The notes below the pieces were generated by a model. That model worked only from the letters and a program-made list of their open reading frames with translations. It made no database searches and was not told the DNA's origin. 34,191 nt of DNA, taken from the IMG/VR virus record IMGVR_UViG_3300035135_000934, positions 1 through 34,191 of that record; one strand, written 5' to 3'. Source of the stretch: a virus (taxonomy: Duplodnaviria; Caudoviricetes). The translations under genes and the position numbers were made by a program. Positions 14,864-24,272 of the stretch are shown piece after piece. How positions within the stretch are numbered: the first letter of the stretch is position 1; every line of letters starts with the position of its first letter.

Positions 14864-16083
14864 TGGAAAACTTCTCTTCCTACATCACCGAACAGAAAAA
14901 CACCCATATGACCCACATTGAGGACAAGGTTCTCTACGGTGGTGTCGATGGGACGCGCGAGGCGATCAACGCACTGCGCGGACTACGTGATATGTTAGCG
15001 GGAAAGAAGGCGGGTAATGTGTCGGTCAAGTGGGACGGCGCACCCGCCATCTTTTGTGGCACCGACCCGTCAGACGGTCAGTTCTTTGTCGCGAAGAAGG
15101 GCATCTTCAACAAGAACCCGAAGGTCTACAAGACCGACGCAGACATCGACGCGGACACCAAGGGTGACCTCAACACGAAACTGAAACAGGCACTCAAGTA
15201 TCTCCCAGATCTAAACATCAAGGGTGTCGTCCAAGGCGATTTCCTATTCAGTCGTGCAGACCTACAAGGTAAGAAAATCGACGGACAGAAGTACGTCGTC
15301 TTCCATCCGAACACAATCGCATACGCAGTACCTTGGGAACAGGCGGCAGACCTACGCGCCGCGAAGATCGGTATCGTATGGCACACGACCTACACCGGAG
15401 ATTCTTTTGAAAACATGAAGGCGTCATATGGTGTGGACGTATCCAAGTTCCGCAAGTCGCGTAACGTATGGTCGCAGGACGCGATGCTCCGCGACGTGAC
15501 TAACGCAACCATGAGTGACAAGGACACCAAAGAGGTCAACTCTCTACTGACCCAGATTGGTCGTCTATTTAAACAGACATCGTCCACTACACTCAAGTCA
15601 CTCGAATCAAATCAGAAACTCGCACAGGCGATCGAGACGTACAACAACTCGTTTGTTCGTGCAGGTGCACTCATCCCAGACTCTACCAAACACGTCACGG
15701 GATTGGTCGCAAATCGCCAAGCGTACTACCAGAAAGAGATCGACAGTAAGAAGTCCCAACGTGGAAAAGACACGTGGATTCAGAAATATGCGGACGAAAT
15801 GAAGTTTTTCTCCCCCGATAACAAGGCAAATCTCGTAAAAATGTTTGAAATGCAACGTTTGATGGTACTGGTGAAATTAAAACTTATAAATAGTTTGGAC
15901 AAACTAAAGACGATCGACACCTTCGTTCAGACAGTTGATGGATACCAAGTCACTGGTGAAGAGGGATACGTGGCGATCGATACACTTGGTGGTGATGCGG
16001 TGAAACTGGTTGATCGTATGGAGTTCTCATACAACAACTTTTCATCTGATATATTGAAAGGGTGGGATTCCGCCCGAAGATAA
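14863..16083 (+). CDS. Conserved T4-like protein (DUF6267-like) with ligase/nucleotidyltransferase motifs
   Basis: VKWDG (KxDG), VQGDFLF, EEGYV, VKLVDR in the order of ligase motifs I, III, IV, V; starts MENFSSYITE. Confidence 0.7.
   Translation: MENFSSYITEQKNTHMTHIEDKVLYGGVDGTREAINALRGLRDMLAGKKAGNVSVKWDGAPAIFCGTDPSDGQFFVAKKGIFNKNPKVYKTDADIDADTKGDLNTKLKQALKYLPDLNIKGVVQGDFLFSRADLQGKKIDGQKYVVFHPNTIAYAVPWEQAADLRAAKIGIVWHTTYTGDSFENMKASYGVDVSKFRKSRNVWSQDAMLRDVTNATMSDKDTKEVNSLLTQIGRLFKQTSSTTLKSLESNQKLAQAIETYNNSFVRAGALIPDSTKHVTGLVANRQAYYQKEIDSKKSQRGKDTWIQKYADEMKFFSPDNKANLVKMFEMQRLMVLVKLKLINSLDKLKTIDTFVQTVDGYQVTGEEGYVAIDTLGGDAVKLVDRMEFSYNNFSSDILKGWDSARR
15885..15892 (+). promoter_or_regulatory. Intragenic T4-type late promoter
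   Basis: TATAAATA about 210 nt upstream of 16105. Confidence 0.5.
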
Positions 16084-16104
16084 TGGGATAAACCAAAGAG
16101 GATT

Positions 16105-16470
16105 ATGACTGTGGAGTCATTTAAACAATTTGTGGACGAAGTCCTAGATAACGCCCAACGTCGCAAACTTGCAATGCGAATGAAAAAGAACAAGGCGAAA
16201 ATCGCACTTGCTCGAAAGAAATCCGAACGCAAGATGGCTGACATGGACACACTAAAGAAACGTGCACGACGTGCTGCACGTAATCAGATGGCAGATAAAC
16301 TCGCTAAGGGTAAGTCTAAAGAAGAATTATCAATCGCGCAGAAGAAGAATATCGAGAAGCGCCTAGACAATCCTGCCATGCAGAAGAAAATTGACCGTGG
16401 TGCCAAGAAACAACTGAAGGTTGTTCGTAAGGCAGAGATACAACGCAAGCGCGGTGGCGGTCAAAAGTAA
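16105..16470 (+). CDS. Highly basic hypothetical protein
   Basis: GAGG RBS; MTVESFKQFVDE then Lys/Arg-rich helices. Confidence 0.75.
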   Translation: MTVESFKQFVDEVLDNAQRRKLAMRMKKNKAKIALARKKSERKMADMDTLKKRARRAARNQMADKLAKGKSKEELSIAQKKNIEKRLDNPAMQKKIDRGAKKQLKVVRKAEIQRKRGGGQK

Positions 16471-18092
16471 TGATAAAGAATTTTTCACAATACCTCGTTG
16501 AAGAGGAGCGTGAAGTATTTTTCACGTTTGGTCGCATGAACCCGCCCACCATTGGTCACGGCAAGGTCATGGATGCACTATCAACCAAGTCGGGTAAGTC
16601 TGACTACAAAGTCTTCGTGTCGCAATCTCAAGACCCGAAAAAGAACCCGCTGTCCTATAGTGACAAGATCAAACACACACGTAAGATGTTTCCAAAACAT
16701 GCACGAAACATCATCGCAGACAAGTCGGTAAAAACCGCAATCAATGCGATGGTCGCTTTGTATGACCAAGGTTACAAGACAGTAACGATGGTTGTTGGAG
16801 AAGACCGTATTACAGAATTCGATGTCCTGTTGAAAAAATACAACGGGACGAAGGGCCGTCATGGCTTCTACAATTTTAAGAATATTAACATAGTATCTGC
16901 CGGTAAGAGAGATCCAGACGCTAGTGGTGTGGAAGGAATGTCCGCGTCTAAACAGCGAGAGAATGCAGCGAAAAATGATTTCGTAACGTTCGCGCAAGGC
17001 GTTCCAAAGTCTATGTCCGATAAAGACACACGTCGACTATTCAACGACGTGCGTAAGGGCATGGGACTAAATGAAGCCCTAGAATTCCGTAATCACCTAG
17101 AACTGAAACCAGTATCTGAAACCCGCGAACAATATGTTGCGGGTTCTCTGTTTGAAGTTGGCGATACAGTAGTCATCAAAGAAAGTGATGAGGTGGCTAC
17201 TGTATCCGTTCTAGGAGCAAACTACGTCATTGTGGAACACAATGGCAAGAAGTCCCGCAAGTGGTTAGACGCAGTCGAGAAACTTGAAGAGGACGTGTCG
17301 CAAAGACAGATAGACGACCTAGAGAAGTTCGGTGATCGTTTGTTGAAGAAGTTCAATATCGACATCGAGTTCACCCGTCATTTCGCAGATCGTATGAACG
17401 ACAAGCGCAATGACCCAGAGATCAAGGTCGCAGAGATTCAGCGCTTGTTCAAGAAGATCGCAAAGAACAAGGGCAAAGACATTAAGAAACACGGAGATGC
17501 AGAGGCGGTCCTCAAGGATATGCAGTCAGATCTGAATCTTCCGGTTGTTGTAAACTACAAAGACGGTGAGTTTGAGGTGGTCAACAAGACCATCATGCGC
17601 AAGAAAGGATTCAAGACAACGAGTCCAGAGATTAAGTACGAAGCAAAGGCGCAGGATCCAGACATCAAGGATCGTGAAGGAACTCAACCAGCGCGATACC
17701 ACGCAGGACTGAAGAAGTCCACCAAGGCGAAGAGAGACGCGCACTTCAAGAAACACGGTAAGAAGGCAGATGACGATAACTCTGCATACAAACCAGCGCC
17801 AGGCGATGCAACCGCAAAAACCAAACCATCGAAGTATACCAAGGCGTTCAAGGACATGTATGAAGAACAGGATCAGATCCTAGAAAACTGGGTGACAGAT
17901 CTTATGAACAAGTTGGACGCCAAGTCTATCCATAGGAATAAATATAAAAAGGTCGCACAGTACATCAAGAAAGAACTTGAGAAGTCTGGCGACAAACGTT
18001 CGATAGAATACCACGCTGCTGATACTATTCGTAAGTTCAATCTGGACATGGATACAAAGGCACTCGCGGGTATGATAAGGCAATTGGCATGA
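16470..18092 (+). CDS. Multidomain protein: cytidyltransferase-like (HIGH-class) N-terminal domain plus further modules
   Basis: FTFGRMNPPTIGHGK, KNPLSY..K, VVGEDR, SAGKRDPD...GMSASK; downstream TRHFADR domain and KTKPSKYT module. Confidence 0.85.
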   Translation: MIKNFSQYLVEEEREVFFTFGRMNPPTIGHGKVMDALSTKSGKSDYKVFVSQSQDPKKNPLSYSDKIKHTRKMFPKHARNIIADKSVKTAINAMVALYDQGYKTVTMVVGEDRITEFDVLLKKYNGTKGRHGFYNFKNINIVSAGKRDPDASGVEGMSASKQRENAAKNDFVTFAQGVPKSMSDKDTRRLFNDVRKGMGLNEALEFRNHLELKPVSETREQYVAGSLFEVGDTVVIKESDEVATVSVLGANYVIVEHNGKKSRKWLDAVEKLEEDVSQRQIDDLEKFGDRLLKKFNIDIEFTRHFADRMNDKRNDPEIKVAEIQRLFKKIAKNKGKDIKKHGDAEAVLKDMQSDLNLPVVVNYKDGEFEVVNKTIMRKKGFKTTSPEIKYEAKAQDPDIKDREGTQPARYHAGLKKSTKAKRDAHFKKHGKKADDDNSAYKPAPGDATAKTKPSKYTKAFKDMYEEQDQILENWVTDLMNKLDAKSIHRNKYKKVAQYIKKELEKSGDKRSIEYHAADTIRKFNLDMDTKALAGMIRQLA

Positions 18093-18361
18093 TCAATTTT
18101 AAGAAGTACCTTGAAGAAAAACGATATGGTCTCTACTCCGAAATTGATTTAGGAGAAGGTCCAGACGGTATCGCAGCGAAGGCGAAAAAGTCGGGTATCT
18201 CACCGGACACCCTTCGCAAGGTTTATAATAGAGGTGTTGCTGCATGGAAGACGGGTCACCGCCCAGGCACCACACCGCAACAATGGGGAATGGCAAGGGT
18301 TAATGCCTTCATCGTAAAGAAGAAGAAAGGTAACCTGAACCACGACAAAGACTTAGCATAA
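18089..18361 (+). CDS. DUF5824-like protein
   Basis: KAKKSGIS...LRKVYNRGVAAWKTGHRPG..PQQWGMARVNAF; starts MINFKKYLEE. Confidence 0.75.
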   Translation: MINFKKYLEEKRYGLYSEIDLGEGPDGIAAKAKKSGISPDTLRKVYNRGVAAWKTGHRPGTTPQQWGMARVNAFIVKKKKGNLNHDKDLA

Positions 18362-18388
18362 AACTCAAATAGAGGTTTTAAACAAAAA

Positions 18389-19951
18389 ATGGCAAATCAA
18401 ATTTTAGCGGGTGCTGTGTTTCAGGCTGGTCAAGTAATTGCCGGTGTTGACGCAGATAACCCACCATACGTAGGACCACCACAACCAAAGTCGTGGAACT
18501 TCGACAACCAATACAACCACAGCACATACGTTTTAGTAGATGCGCACAGTGGTATGAAACTATCAAATACTAGTGGTTGGACTCTTGAATTCTGGTCCAA
18601 GTTCGACGGAAGCCCAGGCCAAGAAAATATTATCGAGTGGAGTGACGGTGATCACATTTCTATCACTAGCTGGGAAGGTGGTAACGAATGGAAATTCAAC
18701 ACCAACACCGGTCAGAATATGACCATAGCATTTGATAATGTTGGTGGAAGCTTCCCATCTCTGTGGACAACTGGAAGTAATGATGAATGGAGTCATGTGG
18801 CATTTGTAGGTACTCCTACGGGATCTGGTAGTGTTCGAATTGATTTCTACCTAAATGGTGTTAAACATCCACAAAACTACACATCTTCACAGACATATGG
18901 AACCGCAGGTAACACGCAGATTGGTAAGTACCTAGATGGTTCTATGTTCGACTTCCGTATGAGCAGCACTCCACGTTACACTGCGGACTTTACTGCACCA
19001 ACTGATCTACTACCAATTGATGGGAATGTCACTTTATCGACTCTACGATATGAGACACTAAGTGATGAATCTACATACGGTTCTTCAGTTTCTGTAGTCG
19101 GTGACTTTGGTGTTGAACCAGTGCCACAAGAGAACTATCCGTTCACACCTGTTCCACCACCATCTTATACTAACTACAGTACAGAATATACAACATTAAG
19201 TGGTGGTTCACTTGTTGAAGTAACACACTCGGGTGGTGTTCATAACCTAAATGCTACCATCGATTCTATGACCGATGGAGATGCACTACTTCTTTCTCCG
19301 GGCGAATATGAAATTGATGGTGTAACTGACACAACTGATGGTGGAAATCCTGATAATAGTTACACCAATGATTATATGCGTATGAAGAATATCGCTCTTG
19401 TAGGCAAGTCGGACAATCCATCCGACATTACTGTTCACTTGAGAGAAGGTCCAGCAACATATATTGATGGTGGATACGATCCTATATTCGGTGCATATAG
19501 TGGTGTAACATCTGATTGGTTAAGACACTTTGCTTATCTGAGAGTGGTCAGACACACCACTCAAACAGTGCCATATGGAGTTGCACTTGCTGGATACCAT
19601 GCGGGGCCAACCAAAGGATATGCTAAGAATGTCATATTTGATTTAGGTGGTTCTTCAGTGTCATGGAGATATAATAACGCCAATACCTCTCAGAAGGTCA
19701 AATTTGAAGACTGTTCATTCGTAAATTATAGTGAGTGGGTAGGATCTTATAGTGGTGCGGCAGGGACAGTGGTAGTAGAAGACTGTGCATTCTCTGGAAC
19801 CGGAAATTTGGGCGATTCTAGGATATCTGTTTCAGGAACTAACATTGAAAACGTAACGTTCGATTATGCGTTCAATTACACACCGACCACGTCTGGTCAC
19901 TTGAATGAAGCAACAACATCTTCAACGGTTAGCATTTCTGATCCAAGTTAA
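18389..19951 (+). CDS. LamG/concanavalin-like virion protein with possible C-terminal beta-helix
   Basis: WTLEFW, WSHVAFV, FYLNG, FRMSSTPRYTADFTAPT; GDALLLSPGEY beta-helix start. Confidence 0.75.
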   Translation: MANQILAGAVFQAGQVIAGVDADNPPYVGPPQPKSWNFDNQYNHSTYVLVDAHSGMKLSNTSGWTLEFWSKFDGSPGQENIIEWSDGDHISITSWEGGNEWKFNTNTGQNMTIAFDNVGGSFPSLWTTGSNDEWSHVAFVGTPTGSGSVRIDFYLNGVKHPQNYTSSQTYGTAGNTQIGKYLDGSMFDFRMSSTPRYTADFTAPTDLLPIDGNVTLSTLRYETLSDESTYGSSVSVVGDFGVEPVPQENYPFTPVPPPSYTNYSTEYTTLSGGSLVEVTHSGGVHNLNATIDSMTDGDALLLSPGEYEIDGVTDTTDGGNPDNSYTNDYMRMKNIALVGKSDNPSDITVHLREGPATYIDGGYDPIFGAYSGVTSDWLRHFAYLRVVRHTTQTVPYGVALAGYHAGPTKGYAKNVIFDLGGSSVSWRYNNANTSQKVKFEDCSFVNYSEWVGSYSGAAGTVVVEDCAFSGTGNLGDSRISVSGTNIENVTFDYAFNYTPTTSGHLNEATTSSTVSISDPS

Positions 19952-19956
19952 ATACT

Positions 19957-21006
19957 ATGAAAAAGTTTACTGAAATAAGAGAAGCAAGGCGGTCTGCACA
20001 AGACCGTCTTTCCGCACGTGCGGCAAAACATGGTCTTGGTTCGCAGAAGCGACTAGACAAAATTAAGAAGTCTGCTGATTTTTTCAGTAAACCACCACCA
20101 TCTTTCTCTAAGGACGAACTGAAGAAGATGGGATATGCAGTTGAAGCATCGTCGCCTGAACAACAGGCGGCGATCGCTATTGCCAAGAAGGCGGACAAGG
20201 TAGTTAATGAGGATATCAACGTCAAGAGCATTGACATCTTCAAGGCTGCCGCAAAGGATTTCGAAAAGAACAAGGACATCAACTTCCAGTCCATCGCAGA
20301 CGCACTGCGCACGATTGCGACGATGGTGAGATCGTTGAGTATGAGTAAGTCCGGACGAAGTGATTATAAGTCTGAAAAGATCATCAATAAACAGGAAGTC
20401 CGAATCAACAACATCATCAATAAGACGATGTATGGTAAAGGTGGCGCTACTCCAGAAGGAAGAGAGATCAAGAAACTTCTGACCAAACACGGACTTGATC
20501 GCACATTCAACGGATTGATTTTCAACTCCGTAGACGAAGCAACCATCCTGAGAACCAAGACTACACGAAAGCAGTCCGATGCGTCTAAAAAGAAAGACCA
20601 AAAGAAAGCAGTAAAAGTTTTTAAAGACATTAAGAAAGGAAAATATCCTAATGTCAAAATTGGTGAAGAAACACTTGACGAAGCATACTACCGTGGCCAA
20701 CGCAGGGCGACACCAAAGAAAAAGGAACCACCAAAGATGGGTTCCAAATCAGGTTCCGGTTATGACCTTTACCATAAGTCCTATTCAGGTGCGTTACAAC
20801 ACGCATACGCATGGGCGAAGAAACAAGGTCACATAGTAGATCCAGACGACATCGATTCGAAGGTTGCATCTGGTCCTAAGAAACCAAGCGAGGGTCGCAC
20901 TAACAGTTTCACATTGAAACTCAAGGACAACCCTAAGAAGATGCTTGCTGTCCAAGTGTATGGCATGGGTGGTGGTAAGTACGAATTAAACACGTATATC
21001 ACGTAA
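19957..21006 (+). CDS. Basic multidomain hypothetical protein, putative internal head polyprotein
   Basis: MKKFTEIRE start; modules separated by V/L-x-E sites; C-terminal AVQVYGM..KYELNTY domain. Confidence 0.7.
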   Translation: MKKFTEIREARRSAQDRLSARAAKHGLGSQKRLDKIKKSADFFSKPPPSFSKDELKKMGYAVEASSPEQQAAIAIAKKADKVVNEDINVKSIDIFKAAAKDFEKNKDINFQSIADALRTIATMVRSLSMSKSGRSDYKSEKIINKQEVRINNIINKTMYGKGGATPEGREIKKLLTKHGLDRTFNGLIFNSVDEATILRTKTTRKQSDASKKKDQKKAVKVFKDIKKGKYPNVKIGEETLDEAYYRGQRRATPKKKEPPKMGSKSGSGYDLYHKSYSGALQHAYAWAKKQGHIVDPDDIDSKVASGPKKPSEGRTNSFTLKLKDNPKKMLAVQVYGMGGGKYELNTYIT

Positions 21007-21015
21007 GGTATAAGA

Positions 21016-22716
21016 ATGTCAACAGATATTTCAGGCGGAACTTCGGTCGCCGCAGGAACAGTCATCGCAGGTATTGATGCGTTAAACCCGCCAGTTCCCA
21101 CTGTAGAAACTCCATCTTGGGTAAACTCATACAGTCTTATCTCGCTGGGACTAGGTTTATCAGACGAACCGTATGAACATGTCCAAGGGGATTCCGTCCT
21201 TACTGTTCACGGTAATGGTGTCACTGCCGATACAGCAGTTGGTGAGATAGATGGTGAGACTGGACGACCAATCATTCAGTTTGATGGTAGTGGAGACTAC
21301 ATCAAAATTGAACATCCTACTGCATTCAAGTATGGTACTGGTGACTTCATGATCGAAGGTTGGTTCCTTACACGTGGTAGTGGGGCCCCACAAAACGTAT
21401 TTGCGCAGAGAGACCAAGGTGGTCCTATTCTAAGGATCGAGTCTAACGGAAAACTAAAATACTTCCGTGGTGGTGGTAACAACATGCAAGTGTCTACGCT
21501 GACATTAGACGTGGATACTTGGTACAACTTTACTATGGTTCGTGCTGCAGGAACAATGACGATCTACCTAAATGGTATAGAGTACATGAGTTTCCCAGAG
21601 ACGTACAACTTCAGTTCACTGACCGAAATTCAAATCGGTGGGTGGGTGAACGGACCAGAGTGGTTCGACGGTGCATTGTATGGGTTCCACATTACTACAG
21701 AAGTGGAAGTCCCAGAAGTCCCAGCAGAACCAGAGTCGTTCGGTCTGCATTCGGGTGAAGTATACTACACAGGGTCTCACTACGTAGGAGTTAACGACCA
21801 CACCGCAGGCAGTGACGACTTTACGTTCGAGACTTGGTATAAGTTCTCATCGACAAACGACTCTTGGGGTCGTATCGTTGAAGCAGGTGCTTATGACGCA
21901 CCAAACACTTGGAGAATCAATCAGAACAACACCTCTACCGAACTTGTATTCCAAATCGGTGGACCATCTCCGAGACAAGAAATTTTCAGTGGGGTTAACG
22001 TAGTATTAGACGATTGGAACCACGTTGCGGTTGTTAGGTCTAGTGATGTTATCACCATGTATATCAATGGTGTGTCAAGAGGTACTCTGAACTATACAGG
22101 GTCTTTCGACACTCCAATCAAGTACTTGGGTGTAGGTAATAAGAGTGCAACTAACGGAGGAATTGAAAACTTCTTCCACGGATATTTGAGTGATCCAAAT
22201 TACTCCAACTACGCAAAGTATACCGCAGATTTCAGTCCATCCGGTGACCCAGACATTCCATTCTTACTTAATGGTGCAGTCGCTGACGGTGGTACCGGAA
22301 CTGCAACGGGTAGTATCTCGTTCGGAGATTGGAACTTTGGTAACGGTAAGCAAGATGCGGACGCAGGAACCACCAACCCAACAGGTTCGGTTGTTGCAGA
22401 AGGTCTGCGAGTCGTCGCACCACAGTGGTCATACGGTGACTGGTGGATTGAACCAGATATGACAGGTGCTACACAAGTTAGAATCGCAGGTAACTACAAT
22501 AACAGTGGTGGGTATGGTACAATCCGTGTGTATCAAACTAATGGATATGCGCACGAGACAACACCAACCTCTAATTGGACTAACATTATTTACAACACCA
22601 ACGGAACGGACACTTTCGATGTGACAATCCCGTTGATCAGTGGTAATTCAAGAATTACTATTAGAGTATTCAATAACAACGGTCCAGCTACTATTGAACA
22701 AGTACAGCTACTATAA
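21016..22716 (+). CDS. Double LamG-domain virion protein
   Basis: FDGSGDYI, GTGDFMIEGW, DFTFETW, WNHVAVVR...MYING. Confidence 0.8.
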   Translation: MSTDISGGTSVAAGTVIAGIDALNPPVPTVETPSWVNSYSLISLGLGLSDEPYEHVQGDSVLTVHGNGVTADTAVGEIDGETGRPIIQFDGSGDYIKIEHPTAFKYGTGDFMIEGWFLTRGSGAPQNVFAQRDQGGPILRIESNGKLKYFRGGGNNMQVSTLTLDVDTWYNFTMVRAAGTMTIYLNGIEYMSFPETYNFSSLTEIQIGGWVNGPEWFDGALYGFHITTEVEVPEVPAEPESFGLHSGEVYYTGSHYVGVNDHTAGSDDFTFETWYKFSSTNDSWGRIVEAGAYDAPNTWRINQNNTSTELVFQIGGPSPRQEIFSGVNVVLDDWNHVAVVRSSDVITMYINGVSRGTLNYTGSFDTPIKYLGVGNKSATNGGIENFFHGYLSDPNYSNYAKYTADFSPSGDPDIPFLLNGAVADGGTGTATGSISFGDWNFGNGKQDADAGTTNPTGSVVAEGLRVVAPQWSYGDWWIEPDMTGATQVRIAGNYNNSGGYGTIRVYQTNGYAHETTPTSNWTNIIYNTNGTDTFDVTIPLISGNSRITIRVFNNNGPATIEQVQLL

Positions 22717-22725
22717 GGACAACAT

Positions 22726-22914
22726 ATGAGCAAATCGAAGAAACCACGTAACAAGAAAATGTCTGCTGCGAAGAAACAAAGACTGCAACAGGCGTCCGAC
22801 AACAACTACGGGGGACTGAATTTCAACCCACTAAATAACAAGGGTAGTAACACAAAGACAGTCAATCCAGTTGCAGGAACGAAGGTATTTCGAGGAGCAT
22901 CAAGAGGAAGTTAA
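22726..22914 (+). CDS. Small basic hypothetical protein
   Basis: AAGGA RBS. Confidence 0.65.
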   Translation: MSKSKKPRNKKMSAAKKQRLQQASDNNYGGLNFNPLNNKGSNTKTVNPVAGTKVFRGASRGS

Positions 22915-22916
22915 AA

Positions 22917-23489
22917 ATGATAGATTTTTTTGAATTGAGAGAGAACTATCGCGCTCTCGCAGTTAAAGGTATGGGTACAGAAACCAAGAAAGACGCAAGA
23001 GTCGGTCTTGAGTTAGACTACTATGATGGTTCTGGTACTAAGAGGTCGGGAAAGATCACGAAGGTTGGACCGAAGAGTTACATCGTTAAGGACGACAAGG
23101 ACGGTAAGAACCGTCAATTTTTATTCCACGATCGTGCCAAGGCGAAAGAGATACTTGCAAAGAACGAGTCCGTTGAACTGGACGAATCACTAGAACTAGA
23201 AGAAAGGAAAGAACCCGTTAAGGTTCCTAGAGCAGTTTTTGATAAACTGAAGAAAGGTTCTTTGGTTGATCTTGATTGGAGTGGATCAATGTCTGCTGGT
23301 GCTGGTGCATTCAAAGTCGTAAGTAAGTCGCGCAGTGCGAAATACGATGTCGATAAAATCAAGCTTGCGCCTACAAACGGAAAGAAGACAGTTCCATTTT
23401 ATCTCTATAGTCGCTCTGGTGGAGACGCAACTTTGGCGATCGGTGACATGGGAGCAAGTCTGACCAAATATAAGGTCGTCAAAGAGTAG
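22917..23489 (+). CDS. Two-module hypothetical protein (SH3-like beta modules)
   Basis: GAGG RBS; MIDFFELRE start; ESVELDESLELEE linker. Confidence 0.7.
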   Translation: MIDFFELRENYRALAVKGMGTETKKDARVGLELDYYDGSGTKRSGKITKVGPKSYIVKDDKDGKNRQFLFHDRAKAKEILAKNESVELDESLELEERKEPVKVPRAVFDKLKKGSLVDLDWSGSMSAGAGAFKVVSKSRSAKYDVDKIKLAPTNGKKTVPFYLYSRSGGDATLAIGDMGASLTKYKVVKE

Positions 23490-23496
23490 GTCGAAA

Positions 23497-23847
23497 ATGA
23501 AACCGTTTAACACATTCCTTGAAGACACTATTGACGCCTGCTGCGAGTCGTGCGCGGGTGAGACTCTTGTCGTCGAGGAATCGGAGTATCAGGGTAAGAA
23601 GGTGAAACTGAACAATCCGTTCCGTACACCCGATGGCCCAAAGAAGTTTTCTGTGTATGTCAAGAATGACAAAGGTAATGTAGTCAAGGTGAACTTTGGT
23701 GACCCTAACATGGAAATCAAGAGAGACGATCCTAATCGTCGCAAAAGTTTCAGGGCAAGACACAACTGTGACAACCCTGGCCCGAAGTGGAAGGCGCGTT
23801 ACTGGTCTTGTTACCAGTGGCGATCAGGTGCCAAAGTAGATAATTGA
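23497..23847 (+). CDS. DUF6321-like conserved phage protein
   Basis: KKFSVYV...VNFGDPNM...RRKSFRARHNC...ARYWSC; starts MKPFNTFLE. Confidence 0.8.
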   Translation: MKPFNTFLEDTIDACCESCAGETLVVEESEYQGKKVKLNNPFRTPDGPKKFSVYVKNDKGNVVKVNFGDPNMEIKRDDPNRRKSFRARHNCDNPGPKWKARYWSCYQWRSGAKVDN

Positions 23848-23852
23848 TTTCG

Positions 23853-23860
23853 TATAAATA
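23853..23860 (+). promoter_or_regulatory. T4-type late promoter
   Basis: Intergenic TATAAATA. Confidence 0.8.
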
Positions 23861-23948
23861 AAAACATTAACCCGTAAGTCAGAACAAGGATCCACTAGAT
23901 CATATAGATGACTTATATCATTTAACACATACTAATGGAACAATCGAA

Positions 23949-24260
23949 ATGAGCGATAACTCCAAAGAACTGTATGAGCATGTGCAACGTGAAGAACAAC
24001 GCCTCGCAAGAATCGAGGACAAGATAGACAAACTTTCCGATGCAATGATTAACCTAGCTCGTGCAGAGGAGAAGTTGATCAATATCGAGAAAGCAAACGC
24101 ACAACACTTCGAACGTATGAACCGTTTTTCTCAGAGAATGGATGATATCGAAGATAGTGTAAACGAACAAGGCAAGACAGTGAAGGTGATGCAGTATATC
24201 ATTACTCTAACCGCAACAGTCTTTGCCGGTGTGATCGTCAAAATGTTTTTTGACGCATAA
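23949..24260 (+). CDS. Coiled-coil protein with C-terminal TM helix (XhlA/holin-like architecture)
   Basis: RLARIEDKIDKL heptads; YIITLTATVFAGVIVKMFF. Confidence 0.7.
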   Translation: MSDNSKELYEHVQREEQRLARIEDKIDKLSDAMINLARAEEKLINIEKANAQHFERMNRFSQRMDDIEDSVNEQGKTVKVMQYIITLTATVFAGVIVKMFFDA

Positions 24261-24272
24261 TTAACGGAGACT

